Origin: Methanolobus sp.
Lineage (GTDB): Archaea > Halobacteriota > Methanosarcinia > Methanosarcinales > Methanosarcinaceae
Direction: 5' to 3'
Assembly: GCA_030154025.1 (NCBI GenBank)
Contig: JASKKT010000002.1
Location: 4,958-68,957 of the forward strand
DNA: 64,000 nucleotides
The notes beneath the pieces were generated by a model that was not told the DNA's origin, did no database searches, and worked only from the letters and a program-made list of their open reading frames with translations. The first letter of the stretch is position 1. Every line of letters starts with the position of its first letter. The position numbers and the translations under genes are program-made. This document shows positions 47,621-59,550 of this stretch, piece by piece.

Positions 47621-47755
47621 CCTTTCTTCACCCTGGGATAATTATCTTCAAGAGATTTATATGCTTTCAGTTTGCAAGGAAAACCTACTTAAATAATCAA
47701 TGTAAGCAGTGGAGTAAAAATAGCGTTCATTGTACGCAATTCCATGGTGTGAAGG

Positions 47756-48571
47756 ATGCTCAGGATAGGAGTCGTAGGCTGCGGGACCATAGGCAAAGGG
47801 ATATGCAGGGCCATAGATGAAGGAGTCGTGAAAGCCGAACTTGTAGCGGTCTACGACAGGAATGCCTGCGATGCCGAGAAGCTCAGGGGACAGTTCAGCA
47901 GGTTCAGTCCTGAATTCATGGAAATTGCCGAAATGGTCAAGCACATCGACCTTCTTGTGGAATGTGCCTCACAGGAAGCGGTCCATGATGTTGTACCTCT
48001 TGCCCTGACTTCCCACTGCGACGTACTGATACTGAGCGTCGGGGCGCTTGCAGACGAAGGGCTGCGCAACAGGATAGAGGAGCTTGCATCAGAGAATAAC
48101 TGCAAGGTGTACCTCCCTTCCGGTGCCATTGCAGGCCTCGACGGCCTGAAGTCCGCATCAATCGGGGAGATCCACTCGGTCATTATCACAACACGGAAGC
48201 CACCGCGCGGGCTTGCAGGATCACCTTTTATTGTCATGAACAACATTGACCTGGATCGCATAAGCGACGCCACCGTGCTTTTCGAGGGACCGGCAAAGGA
48301 TGCTGTGAAAGCATTCCCTGCAAATGTCAATGTCGCAGCCACCTTAAGCGTTGCAGGAATAGGGTTTGAAAGAACCCTGGTGAGAGTGATCGCCGACCCT
48401 TCTGTCACGCGCAACATACACGAGATCACAGTCAAGGGTGCTTTCGGGGAATTCAGCTCAAGGGTGGAGAATGTCCCCTCCCCAGTTAACCCGAAGACCA
48501 GCTACCTAGCACAGCTGTCTGCAATCGCGACCTTGAAAAAGATATCAAGCCCCCTGCAGGTAGGAACCTGA
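47756..48571 (+). CDS. nadX: L-aspartate dehydrogenase
   Basis: [29 protein letters not shown] and NPKTSYLA. Confidence 0.93.
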   Translation: MLRIGVVGCGTIGKGICRAIDEGVVKAELVAVYDRNACDAEKLRGQFSRFSPEFMEIAEMVKHIDLLVECASQEAVHDVVPLALTSHCDVLILSVGALADEGLRNRIEELASENNCKVYLPSGAIAGLDGLKSASIGEIHSVIITTRKPPRGLAGSPFIVMNNIDLDRISDATVLFEGPAKDAVKAFPANVNVAATLSVAGIGFERTLVRVIADPSVTRNIHEITVKGAFGEFSSRVENVPSPVNPKTSYLAQLSAIATLKKISSPLQVGT

Positions 48572-48614
48572 AGGGTCCCATTCATACATAAGCGGTCATC
48601 TGCCAGTGAATCCC

Positions 48615-49535
48615 ATGCAGGACATGAAAAAGACAATAGAAAGGATCAATGAACTGAAAGGGCTGCGTAATGCAGTCATTCTCGCCCACAACTACGAGAG
48701 AGGCGAGATCCAGGATATAGCTGATTTCACAGGCGATTCCCTTGGACTCAGCCAGCAGGCCATGCAACTGGAAGCAGATATGATAGTATTCTGCGGCGTT
48801 CATTTCATGGCAGAGAGCGCTGCTATCCTGAGCCCTCATAAGACCGTACTGCTTCCGGAACTTTATGCAGGCTGCCCCATGGCTTCCATGGTCACGGCCT
48901 CAGCCCTGCGCGAAGAGAAGAAGAAACATCCCCAGGCTGCGGTCGTATGTTATGTGAACTCGACTGCGGAGGTCAAGGCAGAAAGTGACATATGCTGCAC
49001 CTCGGCAAATGCCATTGAGGTCGTCAACTCCCTTGAGGAGGAAGAGGTGCTCTTCGTACCCGACAGGAACCTTGCGGATTACGTAGCCCGTAACACGACC
49101 AAAAGAATAATTCCTTGGAGTGGCTACTGTCCCACGCACAACCAGATACTTGTGAGCGACATCATAAGGGCAAAAGAGGAGCATCCGGATGCAGAGGTGC
49201 TTGCCCACCCGGAGTGCCGCAGGGAGGTTCTTGAACTCTCCGACAGGATATTCAGTACCACCGGCATGCTTGATCACGTCAGCAGGTCGCCGGACGAGGA
49301 ATTCATCATTGCAACTGAAAAGGGCATCCTGCATAAGCTTAAGCAGGACAGTCCCGGCAAAAGATTCTATTTTGTATCAGAATTTGCCGTTTGCCCGGAA
49401 ATGAAAGCCATCGACCTTGAAGCTCTTTTTCTCAGTCTTGAGAGGATGCAGCATGTCATATCGGTCCCTGAGGACATAAGGGTCAGGGCGAGGCGCGCGC
49501 TTGACCGAATGCTTGCTGTCAAAAGGAACAGATAG
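48615..49535 (+). CDS. nadA: Quinolinate synthase
   Basis: [25 protein letters not shown] and AHPEC. Confidence 0.95.
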   Translation: MQDMKKTIERINELKGLRNAVILAHNYERGEIQDIADFTGDSLGLSQQAMQLEADMIVFCGVHFMAESAAILSPHKTVLLPELYAGCPMASMVTASALREEKKKHPQAAVVCYVNSTAEVKAESDICCTSANAIEVVNSLEEEEVLFVPDRNLADYVARNTTKRIIPWSGYCPTHNQILVSDIIRAKEEHPDAEVLAHPECRREVLELSDRIFSTTGMLDHVSRSPDEEFIIATEKGILHKLKQDSPGKRFYFVSEFAVCPEMKAIDLEALFLSLERMQHVISVPEDIRVRARRALDRMLAVKRNR

Positions 49536-49551
49536 GTACAGGAGCCTGAAA

Positions 49552-50403
49552 ATGAAAGCATACCTGGAACTGATGCGCTATGGCAATTGCATCATGGCTG
49601 CAATAGCAGCCACCATTGGAGTGTTCATTGCATACAATATACTGGCAACTAATGCCCCGGATACTGTGCTCTTTCCCTTCTACGGGTCTGCCCTGGTCTT
49701 CCTCACCGTTTTCCTGGTGACAGGAGCCGGGAATGCCATTAATGACTATTACGATGTTGAGATAGACCAGATCAACAAGCCAAACAGGCCAATCCCTTCC
49801 GGAAGGATCAGCATCCCGGCAGCCTTATATTTCTCGCTTGCACTGTTTGCGGCGGGAACTGCATGTGCCTTTCTTATCAACATCCCCTGCGGACTCATAG
49901 CACTCTTCAACTCCCTGCTATTGATATACTATGCAAGCACGCTCAAACGCACAGCACTCCTCGGGAACCTTACAGTGGGTTATCTCACCGGATCGACATT
50001 CCTGTTCGGAGGTGCAGTCTTCTTTGAGAGAGGAGGGCTTGAAAGCGTGTTCGTGCTTTTCCTGCTCGCCACTCTTGCAACGGTTGCCAGGGAGATAGTC
50101 AAGGATATCGAGGACATGGACGGGGATAGGAAAGACGGCGCACGCACCCTGCCCATAGTTATCGGGGCCAGGAGGTCGGCATACCTTGCAGCTTCCATAG
50201 GCCTTGTGGCTGTACTGGCCAGTCCGCTGCCCTACCTGCAGTCCCTCATGAGTGTGAGGTACCTATTCCTGGTAGCTGTGGCCGACCTGCTGTTTGCGGT
50301 CGCTGTCTACAGGATACTGGGAAAAAGCGATCCTGCCGGGTCTTCCCGCATGTTCAAGATGGCAATGGCCTTTGCACTGATATCGTTCCTTGCCGGGGCC
50401 TGA
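49552..50403 (+). CDS. Digeranylgeranylglyceryl phosphate synthase (UbiA family)
   Basis: [21 protein letters not shown] and [13 protein letters not shown], multi-TM. Confidence 0.9.
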   Translation: MKAYLELMRYGNCIMAAIAATIGVFIAYNILATNAPDTVLFPFYGSALVFLTVFLVTGAGNAINDYYDVEIDQINKPNRPIPSGRISIPAALYFSLALFAAGTACAFLINIPCGLIALFNSLLLIYYASTLKRTALLGNLTVGYLTGSTFLFGGAVFFERGGLESVFVLFLLATLATVAREIVKDIEDMDGDRKDGARTLPIVIGARRSAYLAASIGLVAVLASPLPYLQSLMSVRYLFLVAVADLLFAVAVYRILGKSDPAGSSRMFKMAMAFALISFLAGA

Positions 50404-50410
50404 GGCAGGC

Positions 50411-51625
50411 CTAATAGAGCGATATCATTCCCCTCGCAAGCTCCATGGTGAACTGCTGGATATTCTCCAGTTCGGTATCAATTACCTCCGTGACCTCTTC
50501 CCTCACAGATTCCACAGTACCTTTTTTCATTACCAGCTGCGCTGCCGCGACCTTTGGCTGATCGATTGGAACACCTATGTCGCTCAGAAGCCAGACGAAG
50601 GCCTCTTCCACATCCGGCACGTTGGTGTATATCCTGTCGGCTATCCGGTGAGAGAGTATATTGTATATCTTGCCCACATGGCTTACAGGATTCTTGCCGG
50701 CTGCTGCCTCACTGCTTGCCGGGCGGGTGAGAGAGATGATACCATTGACACGGTTGCCGCGACCAACCTGACCGCAGTCTGCGTCCTCGGCCGAAGTACC
50801 TGTGACACTGGTATAGATGCCCTCCAGGCCGCGTCCGGGAACATCGAGGTTGTTCAGTTTGAGGGAGGTGTTCACTGAAACCTCCTTTTCCTCCAGGTAG
50901 TCGGCCATGTGGACCTGTATTGCGTCCAGCAGGTCATCCTTCATCCGGAAGTAGTGTTCCTCGGACTCAACAAAAGTGTCTATAAGAGGCATTGCCACGG
51001 TTATGTCGAAGTTCTTGCCCCTCCTGACACCCATCACCTTGATATCTTCACCCGATTCGGGATACTTTTCCTTGAAATCCGCAGAGTTGAGATACTTCTC
51101 AGTATCCAGCACCATCCTCTCCGTAAAGGACAGGGGTGCATAACCCACAGCTGCAGAAGTATCATTTGCCCCCAGGAGTTCACCTCCCCTCCTGAAAATG
51201 TCTGTCAGTTCCGAGGAGCCGGGCTTGAGCTCCACCTGGTAGTCAACATGCTCTGGCTTGACAAAACGCAGGTTCTCGTCAAACCAGCCAGCAGCCGTAT
51301 CGATGGCTATACCGCATACGTCTATCTCCTCTCCCTCCACCTCGAAGGTAGCACGGTCACCGATAACCAGCAGCATGGGGTTTACCACCATACCACCGCC
51401 AAAGATACCTGCCGTCTCCCCGGCAACGAGCAGGCACTTGTCCGTGTTATGGTGAAGTATGGTGCCAAAACGCTGCAGATACTCCCCGGACAGGTTCACA
51501 GAGATCCTGTCCATTACGGCATCGCATATGCTGTCAGGATGTCCTTTTCCTTTCCTTTCCACAATTTCAAGGTTCTGCGCAGCAGCACAGGATGCCCTGA
51601 ACTCCTCTATTGAAATATTCCTCAT
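50411..51625 (-). CDS. mat: Archaeal-type methionine adenosyltransferase
   Basis: EIVERKGKGHPDSICD, ANDTS, GQVGRGNR and GKNPVSHVGKIY. Confidence 0.94.
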   Translation of the reverse strand: MRNISIEEFRASCAAAQNLEIVERKGKGHPDSICDAVMDRISVNLSGEYLQRFGTILHHNTDKCLLVAGETAGIFGGGMVVNPMLLVIGDRATFEVEGEEIDVCGIAIDTAAGWFDENLRFVKPEHVDYQVELKPGSSELTDIFRRGGELLGANDTSAAVGYAPLSFTERMVLDTEKYLNSADFKEKYPESGEDIKVMGVRRGKNFDITVAMPLIDTFVESEEHYFRMKDDLLDAIQVHMADYLEEKEVSVNTSLKLNNLDVPGRGLEGIYTSVTGTSAEDADCGQVGRGNRVNGIISLTRPASSEAAAGKNPVSHVGKIYNILSHRIADRIYTNVPDVEEAFVWLLSDIGVPIDQPKVAAAQLVMKKGTVESVREEVTEVIDTELENIQQFTMELARGMISLY

Positions 51626-51715
51626 TTATTAACCCCCATGTACCCCTACATGTGCTCCTGTCATTTAGATATGGTCCCCATGGCTGATAGCCGTGCCAGG
51701 ATGCCTTATAGTTGA

Positions 51716-52426
51716 TCAGATATCCGATTCCCTGTCCAGGGGAAGAGTGGCTAAAGGTGCATGTTCCAGGTACTCCTGCAATATCATGGGAAATGTGCTT
51801 GCAGGAACGAACCTTACCCCAAGCTCCTCGGCCCATTTCTGTATACCGAAATCACTCGCGACAACCGCTGCCTCGAGCTCCCTGGCAAGGATAAGCACGT
51901 CAATATCAGGAGCGCTGTCAAGAATGCCGTAACGCAGGGCGCTGCGGTACTTGTTCCTGAACTTGCCGATATGGACACCGATGACGCCACGCTCTATCTC
52001 GGCCTCAATATCCTTCTTGTTATCTACTTTGGTCTGGATGAGCAGGCAGTCCGTGGACGATTCCCATATTGTCTCCTCAGCAATTACCATTCCCTTGTTT
52101 ATGCGTTCTCTCATGTGAGAGACATACTCATGGAACACCTTGGACGGGATCTGCACATTATACCTGTCAGGAGCCTTTTTCACAAGCCACGTGTCTATCT
52201 TTGCTATCACATCGGCATCGCAGCCGTTGTTCTGTGCGAACTCACGCAGCTCGTTATACACTGAAGGAAAAGGTACATAGCAACTGATGCCAAGCTGCAG
52301 GCGTGCAGAAGCTATCAGTTCCAGCACTTTCCTCATTCCGTCACACATGCCTGCAACATCCAGCTTCTCGCGGGCCTGCAGGTCGGTGAGTGCAGTAGTA
52401 TCCAGAACAAAACGCTGCCTTAACAT
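51716..52426 (-). CDS. RNA-free RNase P (HARP; PIN-like, TIGR03875-type)
   Basis: [33 protein letters not shown] and [13 protein letters not shown]. Confidence 0.87.
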   Translation of the reverse strand: MLRQRFVLDTTALTDLQAREKLDVAGMCDGMRKVLELIASARLQLGISCYVPFPSVYNELREFAQNNGCDADVIAKIDTWLVKKAPDRYNVQIPSKVFHEYVSHMRERINKGMVIAEETIWESSTDCLLIQTKVDNKKDIEAEIERGVIGVHIGKFRNKYRSALRYGILDSAPDIDVLILARELEAAVVASDFGIQKWAEELGVRFVPASTFPMILQEYLEHAPLATLPLDRESDI

Positions 52427-52602
52427 ATTACTCTCCGGATTAAGCACAGGCTTCCTCTAAGAGGAGCCTTACAAGTAATAAAGGGAGCCGTAAGGTTAAG
52501 TATTTTTGCTAGTCCCGGAAACTGCGGAGATACAAATTGAAGTACATCAAAATAAATATATATACCCTCTAATTTAAACAGTATATCATAGTTCAGGATA
52601 AT

Positions 52603-52974
52603 ATGACCAGAATACTTGTTGTAGAAGACAATCCCATGAATATGGAACTTGTCACCTTCATTCTTACAGCTGGGGGCTTCGAGGTCACGCAAGCTTTTGA
52701 CGGACCGGAAGCACTTGACAAAATAAGGGACAGCTGTTTCGACATCATACTGCTGGATATCCAGTTGCCGGGGATGGACGGCATCGAAGTGATAAGACAC
52801 ATAGACAGCAACATTCTCTTCAAGACCCCGATAATCGCCTTGACAGCTCATGCAATGCAGGGAGACGAACAGAGGTTCATCAATGCTGGCTGTTCCGGAT
52901 ATATATCAAAGCCAATTGATGTTACTACCTTTACAGGCAGGGTTCTTTCATACGTGACAGATGGAGGAAAATAA
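52603..52974 (+). CDS. Single-domain response regulator (DivK-like)
   Basis: VVEDN, LLDIQLP, ALTAHA and SKP. Confidence 0.92.
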   Translation: MTRILVVEDNPMNMELVTFILTAGGFEVTQAFDGPEALDKIRDSCFDIILLDIQLPGMDGIEVIRHIDSNILFKTPIIALTAHAMQGDEQRFINAGCSGYISKPIDVTTFTGRVLSYVTDGGK

Positions 52975-55621
52975 CCTGAAGATACGCAACAGAACTCTCA
53001 TACTCCTCACTGTGACCTTCATCTGCCTGTTCGTCCTGCTTACGGTAATTACAGGATCTATAATGCATGACAGCTTTTCTCAGCTTGAGAAAAGAGAGGT
53101 CACAACAAACGTTTTGAGAGCCACTGGAGCTGTTGACTCCCAGACCAATCGCCTTGCAGCCACTGCAAAGGATTGGGGACAGTGGAGTGATACTGTTTAT
53201 TTTATGCAGGGAGACAATGCCTATATCGAGAATAACCTTGACGTGGAATCTATATCTAACCTGCAGATAGACATGATGATGTTCTTTGATGCCTCCGGCG
53301 AGCTGTACTATATTGCAGGAGTGGATCATTACACTTACGAAGAAAGGGAAATAACAGATGCTTTCAGGGATTATATAATCAAGGAAGAAATGCTATATTC
53401 AGACCCTTCCCTTGACAAATATGTAGAGGGCATCATCAGCACTCCTGAAGGTCCCATGATGGTCGGGACAAGCCCTATAACACCAAATACCAGAGACTCG
53501 ACGATTGCAGGTACCATCGTAATTGGAAAGTTCCTTGACCCCAGGTTTATCGAGGAAATGGAGGAAACGACCCAGCTGTCCATCAGCATCAGCTATCCGG
53601 AACCTGAAGCAACGGCTGCACTTCAAAGTTCAGCTCAGGTCCAGGACAGTGACTCCATAAGAATAGAGTATATGGACGAAAACACTGTCATCGGCACTGG
53701 AGTATTGAACGACATCAACGGTGTTCCTTCACTGGCCCTGGATGTGGAAATGCCAAGGGATGTGTACCAGCAGGGACAGTCTGCGACACATTACGTGTTA
53801 TATTCAATAATCGCCATAGGAGTTATCTATGGGGCAGTTCTCATCTTACTGATCGAAAGGTCCGTGCTGTCACGCCTGACTCTCCTGAGCAGTAACCTTA
53901 GCGCTATCACAGAGAGCGGATCACTCTCGTCCCGTGTGAAGATGGATGGGGACGACGAACTGTACATGCTTGCAGATAATATCAATTACATGCTGCAATC
54001 GCTGGAGCATAATGAGGAGAAGATACATGCTGTAAAGCTTGAAAGCCAGCAGAAGATGGAAGCAGTGCTCAAAAACATACTCAGCGGGGCCATGATACTG
54101 GATGCCCATACACATGAGATAGTTGATGTGAACCCTGCTGCCGAAGAGATCATAGGACTTCCAAAAAAGGAATTAGTAGGACGTGTGTGCCATGATTTTG
54201 TATGTCCTTCGGAAAAAGGAAAATGCCCTATCAGTGACCTTGGAATGAGAGTGAACAAGTCCGAATGCACGATCATCAATGCCCAGGGCCAAAAAGTGTG
54301 GGTTCTCAAATCAGTAGTGCCCGTAACCCTTCAGGGCAGGGACTATTTCGTAGAGAGTTTTGTTGACCTTACAAAAATGAAGGAAGCAGAGGAGAAACTC
54401 ATTATGGCAAGAATCACAGCAGAAGCTGCAAACCGTGCCAAGAGTGATTTCCTTGCAACCATGAGCCACGAACTGAGGACGCCGCTCAACTCTATAATCG
54501 GTTTCTCTGACCTCATTGTAAGCGGCGGCACCGGGGAGATATCCGACACTCAGAAACGGTTCATTACGAACATAGCTACAAGCGGGAAGCATCTGCTGTC
54601 AATCATTAACAACGTGCTTGATATCTCAAAGATAGAAGCCAACAAGATGGAACTCAATTATCAGGTATTCCCTGTCACAGAAGTGTTCACTGAGGTGAAA
54701 CAGCTCATCTCGCCCATGGCTATGAAAAAGGAACTGAAAGTAGAGTTCCTTAAGGATGAGGAACTTACAACAATCCATGCTGACAAGACCAGGTTCAAAC
54801 AGATACTCTTTAATCTCATCAGCAATGCTATCAAGTTCACACCAAAAGGCGGGAGTATAAGCGTACGTGCAAGCCGGAATGAAGAGATGGCAGTGTTCAC
54901 TGTCAAGGATACTGGAATAGGGATATCCGAAGAAGGCATAGCTAAGCTCTTCCAGCCATTCACCCAGCTGGACTCCGCGATCAATCGCCAGTACGAGGGT
55001 ACGGGGCTTGGCTTATCACTAGTAAAGAAGTTCCTTGAGGTTCAGAACGGAAGTATAAAAGTAGAGAGTAAACTGGGAGAAGGTACAACCTTCACCTTTG
55101 AACTGCCTCTTACAAGGAACACAGATGAGAAAACAGTTCCTGAAGAAGCAAGTAAAGCCGATGATACACCCGATGCATACCTACCCGTGACAAACAGTCC
55201 GGTACCCACAGATGGCTCTCAACCACTGGTGCTTGTGGTGGAGGATGACGACAATTCGAGAGAGCTGCTCCAGACCACTCTTGAGAGAGAAGGTTACTGT
55301 GTGACATCAACTTGCTGCGGAAAGGAAGCACTCCTGCTTGCAGAGAAGCTAAAACCCTTTGCTATCACCCTGGACATCATGATGCCCGGCATGGACGGAT
55401 GGGAAGTTCTCAAGCACCTGAAAGAGGAAGATCAGACAAAGGACATACCGGTGATCATCACATCAATGCTGGACGAGAAGGAAATGAGTAAAGTGTGGGG
55501 AACAGTTGATTACTTCATCAAGCCTGTCCCCAAGGAAGCCCTTGTTGCCACACTTGAAAGGATTAAGGATAATACTCCCAGTAAGCGGAACTCAGAGAAT
55601 GGGGAAGCCAGTGACAACTGA
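52961..55621 (+). CDS. Hybrid sensor kinase CHASE4-HAMP-PAS-HisKA-HATPase-REC
   Basis: DWGQWSDT (CHASE4), GDDEL..LA (HAMP), MSHELRTPLN and TLDIMMP. Confidence 0.92.
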   Translation: MEENNLKIRNRTLILLTVTFICLFVLLTVITGSIMHDSFSQLEKREVTTNVLRATGAVDSQTNRLAATAKDWGQWSDTVYFMQGDNAYIENNLDVESISNLQIDMMMFFDASGELYYIAGVDHYTYEEREITDAFRDYIIKEEMLYSDPSLDKYVEGIISTPEGPMMVGTSPITPNTRDSTIAGTIVIGKFLDPRFIEEMEETTQLSISISYPEPEATAALQSSAQVQDSDSIRIEYMDENTVIGTGVLNDINGVPSLALDVEMPRDVYQQGQSATHYVLYSIIAIGVIYGAVLILLIERSVLSRLTLLSSNLSAITESGSLSSRVKMDGDDELYMLADNINYMLQSLEHNEEKIHAVKLESQQKMEAVLKNILSGAMILDAHTHEIVDVNPAAEEIIGLPKKELVGRVCHDFVCPSEKGKCPISDLGMRVNKSECTIINAQGQKVWVLKSVVPVTLQGRDYFVESFVDLTKMKEAEEKLIMARITAEAANRAKSDFLATMSHELRTPLNSIIGFSDLIVSGGTGEISDTQKRFITNIATSGKHLLSIINNVLDISKIEANKMELNYQVFPVTEVFTEVKQLISPMAMKKELKVEFLKDEELTTIHADKTRFKQILFNLISNAIKFTPKGGSISVRASRNEEMAVFTVKDTGIGISEEGIAKLFQPFTQLDSAINRQYEGTGLGLSLVKKFLEVQNGSIKVESKLGEGTTFTFELPLTRNTDEKTVPEEASKADDTPDAYLPVTNSPVPTDGSQPLVLVVEDDDNSRELLQTTLEREGYCVTSTCCGKEALLLAEKLKPFAITLDIMMPGMDGWEVLKHLKEEDQTKDIPVIITSMLDEKEMSKVWGTVDYFIKPVPKEALVATLERIKDNTPSKRNSENGEASDN

Positions 55622-55642
55622 GCTGCTTGCAAGAACACACGC

Positions 55643-56329
55643 TCACAAGGGACACACCTTCACGCAGAGCCCGCATCGCAGACCGCCCAGCTCCCCGAAC
55701 ATGTAATCGGCACATTTATGCCTGTCAATGGCACCATCCTCTGAGATGGCACCTGCAGGACATACCGCTATGCATTTCCGACAAGTGCTGCAGGCCCTGT
55801 TGACCAGCGGCAAAGGGTCCTCTTTTTCAGTATTCAGTTCTGCGTCTGTCAGTATAGCTGTCATACGGACCCTCGGACCGAACTCTTTGGTAGTGAGAAG
55901 ATGATTGATGCCAAAGTTACCCAGTCCTGCACGATAGGCTGCATACTTGATTGACATGTTGGCCTTGAGCGTTTCCCGATCTGCATACCAGTATCCAAAC
56001 TCACTGCCCTCTGTAGGTACTATCGTTGCCCTGTAACCGTTCTTCTCAATGAGCCTGGCCAGCTGGAACGCGATCAACCTGAGGGTTGCAGTGGCTGCCA
56101 TGAGCGTGTTGGTGTATTCGGCCCTTCCTGCAGGAAGTGACTCGAAAGCCCCGCGGGGCACGGCTACCCCGAGAATGATGACTGACCTCACATCCTTCAT
56201 CATATCCTGAGGCCTGTTCCCGGTATACGCAGGGTCCAGAAAACAGGATGCGTCTGCAATACCAAAGAGATCTGCATTCATTTGAGAAGCTGTATCCTGA
56301 AGTACCTTCGTGAGAGAGCTGTCTGTCAT
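55643..56329 (-). CDS. QueG/reductive-dehalogenase-like Fe-S protein
   Basis: ADLFGIA, AYRAGLG.FG, FGPRVR, CSTCRKCIAVCP and CGLCVKVCP. Confidence 0.8.
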   Translation of the reverse strand: MTDSSLTKVLQDTASQMNADLFGIADASCFLDPAYTGNRPQDMMKDVRSVIILGVAVPRGAFESLPAGRAEYTNTLMAATATLRLIAFQLARLIEKNGYRATIVPTEGSEFGYWYADRETLKANMSIKYAAYRAGLGNFGINHLLTTKEFGPRVRMTAILTDAELNTEKEDPLPLVNRACSTCRKCIAVCPAGAISEDGAIDRHKCADYMFGELGGLRCGLCVKVCPL

Positions 56330-56431
56330 ACCATATCACCTGCAACGGAGTGCAAACATTACTTAGACAAGATCTTGTAGCCAGCCATAGTATATTATGA
56401 GATTACATCATACCCTTGAACCTTACTGGCA

Positions 56432-56668
56432 TCAACATTTGGCTTTGTTCAGGTGACCGGCAAGCTTGTCCAGCGATTCTCTCCAGCCCTGTTCCATGTT
56501 ATCGCGATTCACAGCACTGATATTACTGATACCGGAAGATATTATAGTGAGTCTGGTCTTACCATCCTTCTCGTCAAATATCAGCGCAGCCAGCGTTTCA
56601 AGCGGCCAGCCCTCATCCATGCCCTTTGTTCTCATGCTGTTCGTTGCTTTACTTTCATCCATAACCAT
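56432..56668 (-). pseudogene. Internally deleted SRPBCC/AHSA1 domain gene
   Basis: Only the C-terminal half is present (WPLET, DGKTRLT, MEQGWRESLDKL), fused to a short N-terminal peptide. Confidence 0.6.
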
Positions 56669-56787
56669 TCCGCCTTAATAGGAAAAATCCCTGTGATGCT
56701 CACTGAGTGAAACTCCTTTTTGCTTGCAGCGATAATATTCAGATCGCTAGAACAGACATAAAATCAAAAATTGGAAATACTGAACGC

Positions 56788-56964
56788 TTATTTAAGCGAG
56801 ATAGCTTCAACAGGACAGATATCCACGCAATCCCCACAGTCAACACATGTATCCGGATCAACAAATGCGAGGTCTTCATCGGTCATTGAGATAGCTTCTA
56901 CGGGGCAGGAATCCACACATACCCCACATCCTGTACACAGTTCTTTATCAACAATAGCTGGCAT
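56788..56964 (-). CDS. 2[4Fe-4S] ferredoxin (absent from the ORF track)
   Basis: Manual translation MPAIVDKELCTGCGVCVDSCPVEAISMTDEDLAFVDPDTCVDCGDCVDICPVEAISLK, with GGAGTGA SD. Confidence 0.95.
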   Translation of the reverse strand: MPAIVDKELCTGCGVCVDSCPVEAISMTDEDLAFVDPDTCVDCGDCVDICPVEAISLK

Positions 56965-57366
56965 TTATATTCACTCCAAGATCACCTTTTTACAAAGGTA
57001 CTATTATCCTAGTCTGGAACTCTCTGATAAATACCTGTCGAGTTTTACCTTTGAATACAATTTTTGAAGCGTGAAAGAAAGAGAAGCAGGTTTTACCAAA
57101 GCCCAATAGACTTCAGAGAGATGCTCCTTTTTTGTGTACGGACCTGAAAGGAGAGATTTATTCTTGTACAAAGATATATAAAGCCTTCATTTAAAATTCC
57201 TTCATGAAAATGGATTTCACAGATATATATACATTTCTCTTCAGATACCACAAAGCAGTACGAATACACCTTAGGAAAAAGAACACAATAGGAAGATATA
57301 TATCCAAAGGTGTAAATTCCCTAATTGATCTACAGTGAAAATATATAAATTACTTAAGAGGTCACT

Positions 57367-59514
57367 ATGAATTTTAAAAGAATGACAATCAACAGCAAAC
57401 TTATCCTTTATATTGTGGTCAGTGTTACCATATTGATGTCTATCAGTACATACATGATCGTTGATAAGGTAACAAACCAGAATATCGAGCAGGCTTACGA
57501 GCAGGCTGAAAGTGTTTCCACAGGTTACGCATACAAATATGACAGCGATATGCGCGCTAACCAGCTTATAGGCCAGACAATAGCACACACCCTGGAGAAC
57601 TATGGAAGTGCTGACAGGGATGAGGCCAATGATATTCTCAGGAGCATTCTTATTGAGAATCCTGGCCTCCTGGCTACCTATGCCGGATACGAAGCAAACG
57701 CCTTTGATAATAATGATGCAGCTTTTGCAAATACCCCGGGACATGATGCAACCGGCAGGTTCATTCCCACCTGGAGTGCAACAGGCAGTGGTGCTTCCCT
57801 TGCCCCGCTTGCAGACTACGACACATCCGATTATTACCTGCTGCCAAAATCCCTCAAAAAGGACATCATACTTGAGCCATATATCTACGATGGCATTATG
57901 ATCGTCAGCTATGTCTCACCAATTATGAAAGACGGGAAATTCATAGGCATAGCAGGCGTGGATGTTTCCCTGGATTATATCGATGAAGAGGTTTCCCAGG
58001 TAAGCATGTTTGACACCGGTTACGCTTTCATGGTAAGCAATTCAGGCATGTTCATGTCACATCCTGTTGAGAAATCCTGGATAGGCACAAGGTACCTTTC
58101 AGACTTCAATGATCCTGAAATGAACAGGATGGCAGCAGACATAAAGAAAGGGGCAGGCGGGCACATACAGGTCGTCGATCCGGCAACCGGCAAGAGCGTT
58201 GCCATGATCTACCAGCCACTGGATACGGCAGATTTCGCATTCGTGCTGACAATCCCCGAAGAAGAGATGTTTGCAGGCGCAATGGAGCTGCGCAACCAGC
58301 TAATAGTCATATCGGTAGTGGCCATCCTTGCCATGGCAGGCATTGCATATCTCATAGCCCGTTCCATCACCCGTCCGATCAAGGATATTGTCAGTGATTT
58401 CGAACAGATCTCCACCGACGCACTTGAAGGGAAGCTTGACCGAAGAGCAAACACTGCGGTAGGTGTCGATTTTGAGGCAATACCAAGAGGATTGAACGAA
58501 ATACTGAGATCCCTTACAGACATAATAGTGAATATCAGCAAGAACGCCAATATCGTTGCAAGCACCTCGGAGGAAATGTCTGCATCCATCGAGGAGATAA
58601 CAGCAGCATCAAGCCAGGTATCACATACTATAAACAGCATTGCCAAGGGTGCTCTGGACCAGTCGTCCAAAGCCCAGGAGATCTCACGTGCCATGGACGA
58701 CATGAGTTCAAGCGTGCAGGAGATAGCCGTCAATGCCCAGAGGTCTGCCGAGATATCCACGGACTCCAGTAAGAAGACCATGGCAGTCGGGAACAAGTCA
58801 GAGAATCTGATGACCCAGATGGAAGAGATCAAGAGAGCATCACTGGAATCCGCAGCCGCAATCAAGGAACTCGACAATAAGTCCAAACAGATAGGAGAGA
58901 TAGTCAGCCTTATCACAAATATCGCAGACCAGACCAACCTGCTTGCCCTGAATGCAGCCATCGAGGCAGCAAGGGCAGGAGAGCACGGGCGCGGGTTTGC
59001 CGTGGTAGCAGACGAGGTGCGCAAGCTTGCAGAAGAGTCAGGGGACGCGGCAAAGGAAATATCCGGCCTTATCAAGCAGATACAGCACGATACGGGAGTG
59101 GTGGTGGAATCTGTTGAAAATGGCAATGTAACTGTAGCCAGCGGTGTTGAGGCTTTGAACGAGACTGTCAGGGCTATGAAGGAGATCGTAGAGGGAGCAA
59201 TGAAGACCGCCGAGATGGTCCAGGACATTGCCGCTGCAGCCCAGGAGCAATCCGCATCCATAGAAGAGATCACTGCATCCGTGGAGGAAGTGACCTCTAT
59301 CTCAGAAGGAGCAGCCGCAGGAACCGAACAGACATCCGCCGCCGTAGAACAACAGAGTGCATCCCTGCAGGAGATCGCACACAGCTCACAGGAGCTATCC
59401 GCCATGGCTGTTGCAATGCAGGAAATGGTAAACAGGTTTGTCCTCGCCAGGGAAGAGCTTGCTGAACAGGCCGACGCGCCTCATGTGATGAAGAACAGGA
59501 AGGGACTGAAGTAA
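57367..59514 (+). CDS. Methyl-accepting chemotaxis protein with dCache and HAMP domains
   Basis: TM, EPYIY, TM, HAMP and [37 protein letters not shown]. Confidence 0.95.
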   Translation: MNFKRMTINSKLILYIVVSVTILMSISTYMIVDKVTNQNIEQAYEQAESVSTGYAYKYDSDMRANQLIGQTIAHTLENYGSADRDEANDILRSILIENPGLLATYAGYEANAFDNNDAAFANTPGHDATGRFIPTWSATGSGASLAPLADYDTSDYYLLPKSLKKDIILEPYIYDGIMIVSYVSPIMKDGKFIGIAGVDVSLDYIDEEVSQVSMFDTGYAFMVSNSGMFMSHPVEKSWIGTRYLSDFNDPEMNRMAADIKKGAGGHIQVVDPATGKSVAMIYQPLDTADFAFVLTIPEEEMFAGAMELRNQLIVISVVAILAMAGIAYLIARSITRPIKDIVSDFEQISTDALEGKLDRRANTAVGVDFEAIPRGLNEILRSLTDIIVNISKNANIVASTSEEMSASIEEITAASSQVSHTINSIAKGALDQSSKAQEISRAMDDMSSSVQEIAVNAQRSAEISTDSSKKTMAVGNKSENLMTQMEEIKRASLESAAAIKELDNKSKQIGEIVSLITNIADQTNLLALNAAIEAARAGEHGRGFAVVADEVRKLAEESGDAAKEISGLIKQIQHDTGVVVESVENGNVTVASGVEALNETVRAMKEIVEGAMKTAEMVQDIAAAAQEQSASIEEITASVEEVTSISEGAAAGTEQTSAAVEQQSASLQEIAHSSQELSAMAVAMQEMVNRFVLAREELAEQADAPHVMKNRKGLK

Positions 59515-59530
59515 GTCCCTTTTTCTCTTT
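59500..59530 (+). terminator. Hairpin and T-tract ending the MCP gene
   Basis: AAGGGACT-GAAGTA-AGTCCCTT followed by a T-rich run. Confidence 0.6.
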
Positions 59531-59550
59531 TATCCATCTTTTTTATAGTG

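Noticed and set aside
52448..52470. Hairpin AGGCTTCCTC-TAA-GAGGAGCCT upstream of HARP
   Set aside because: A single short hairpin that does not cover the SD of the likely ATG (52426). No further support.
58209..59405. 398-aa antisense ORF, and many similar shadow ORFs in the track
   Set aside because: They lie opposite well-supported genes, show the Ser/Ile/Met-rich composition expected from codon bias and carry no motifs.
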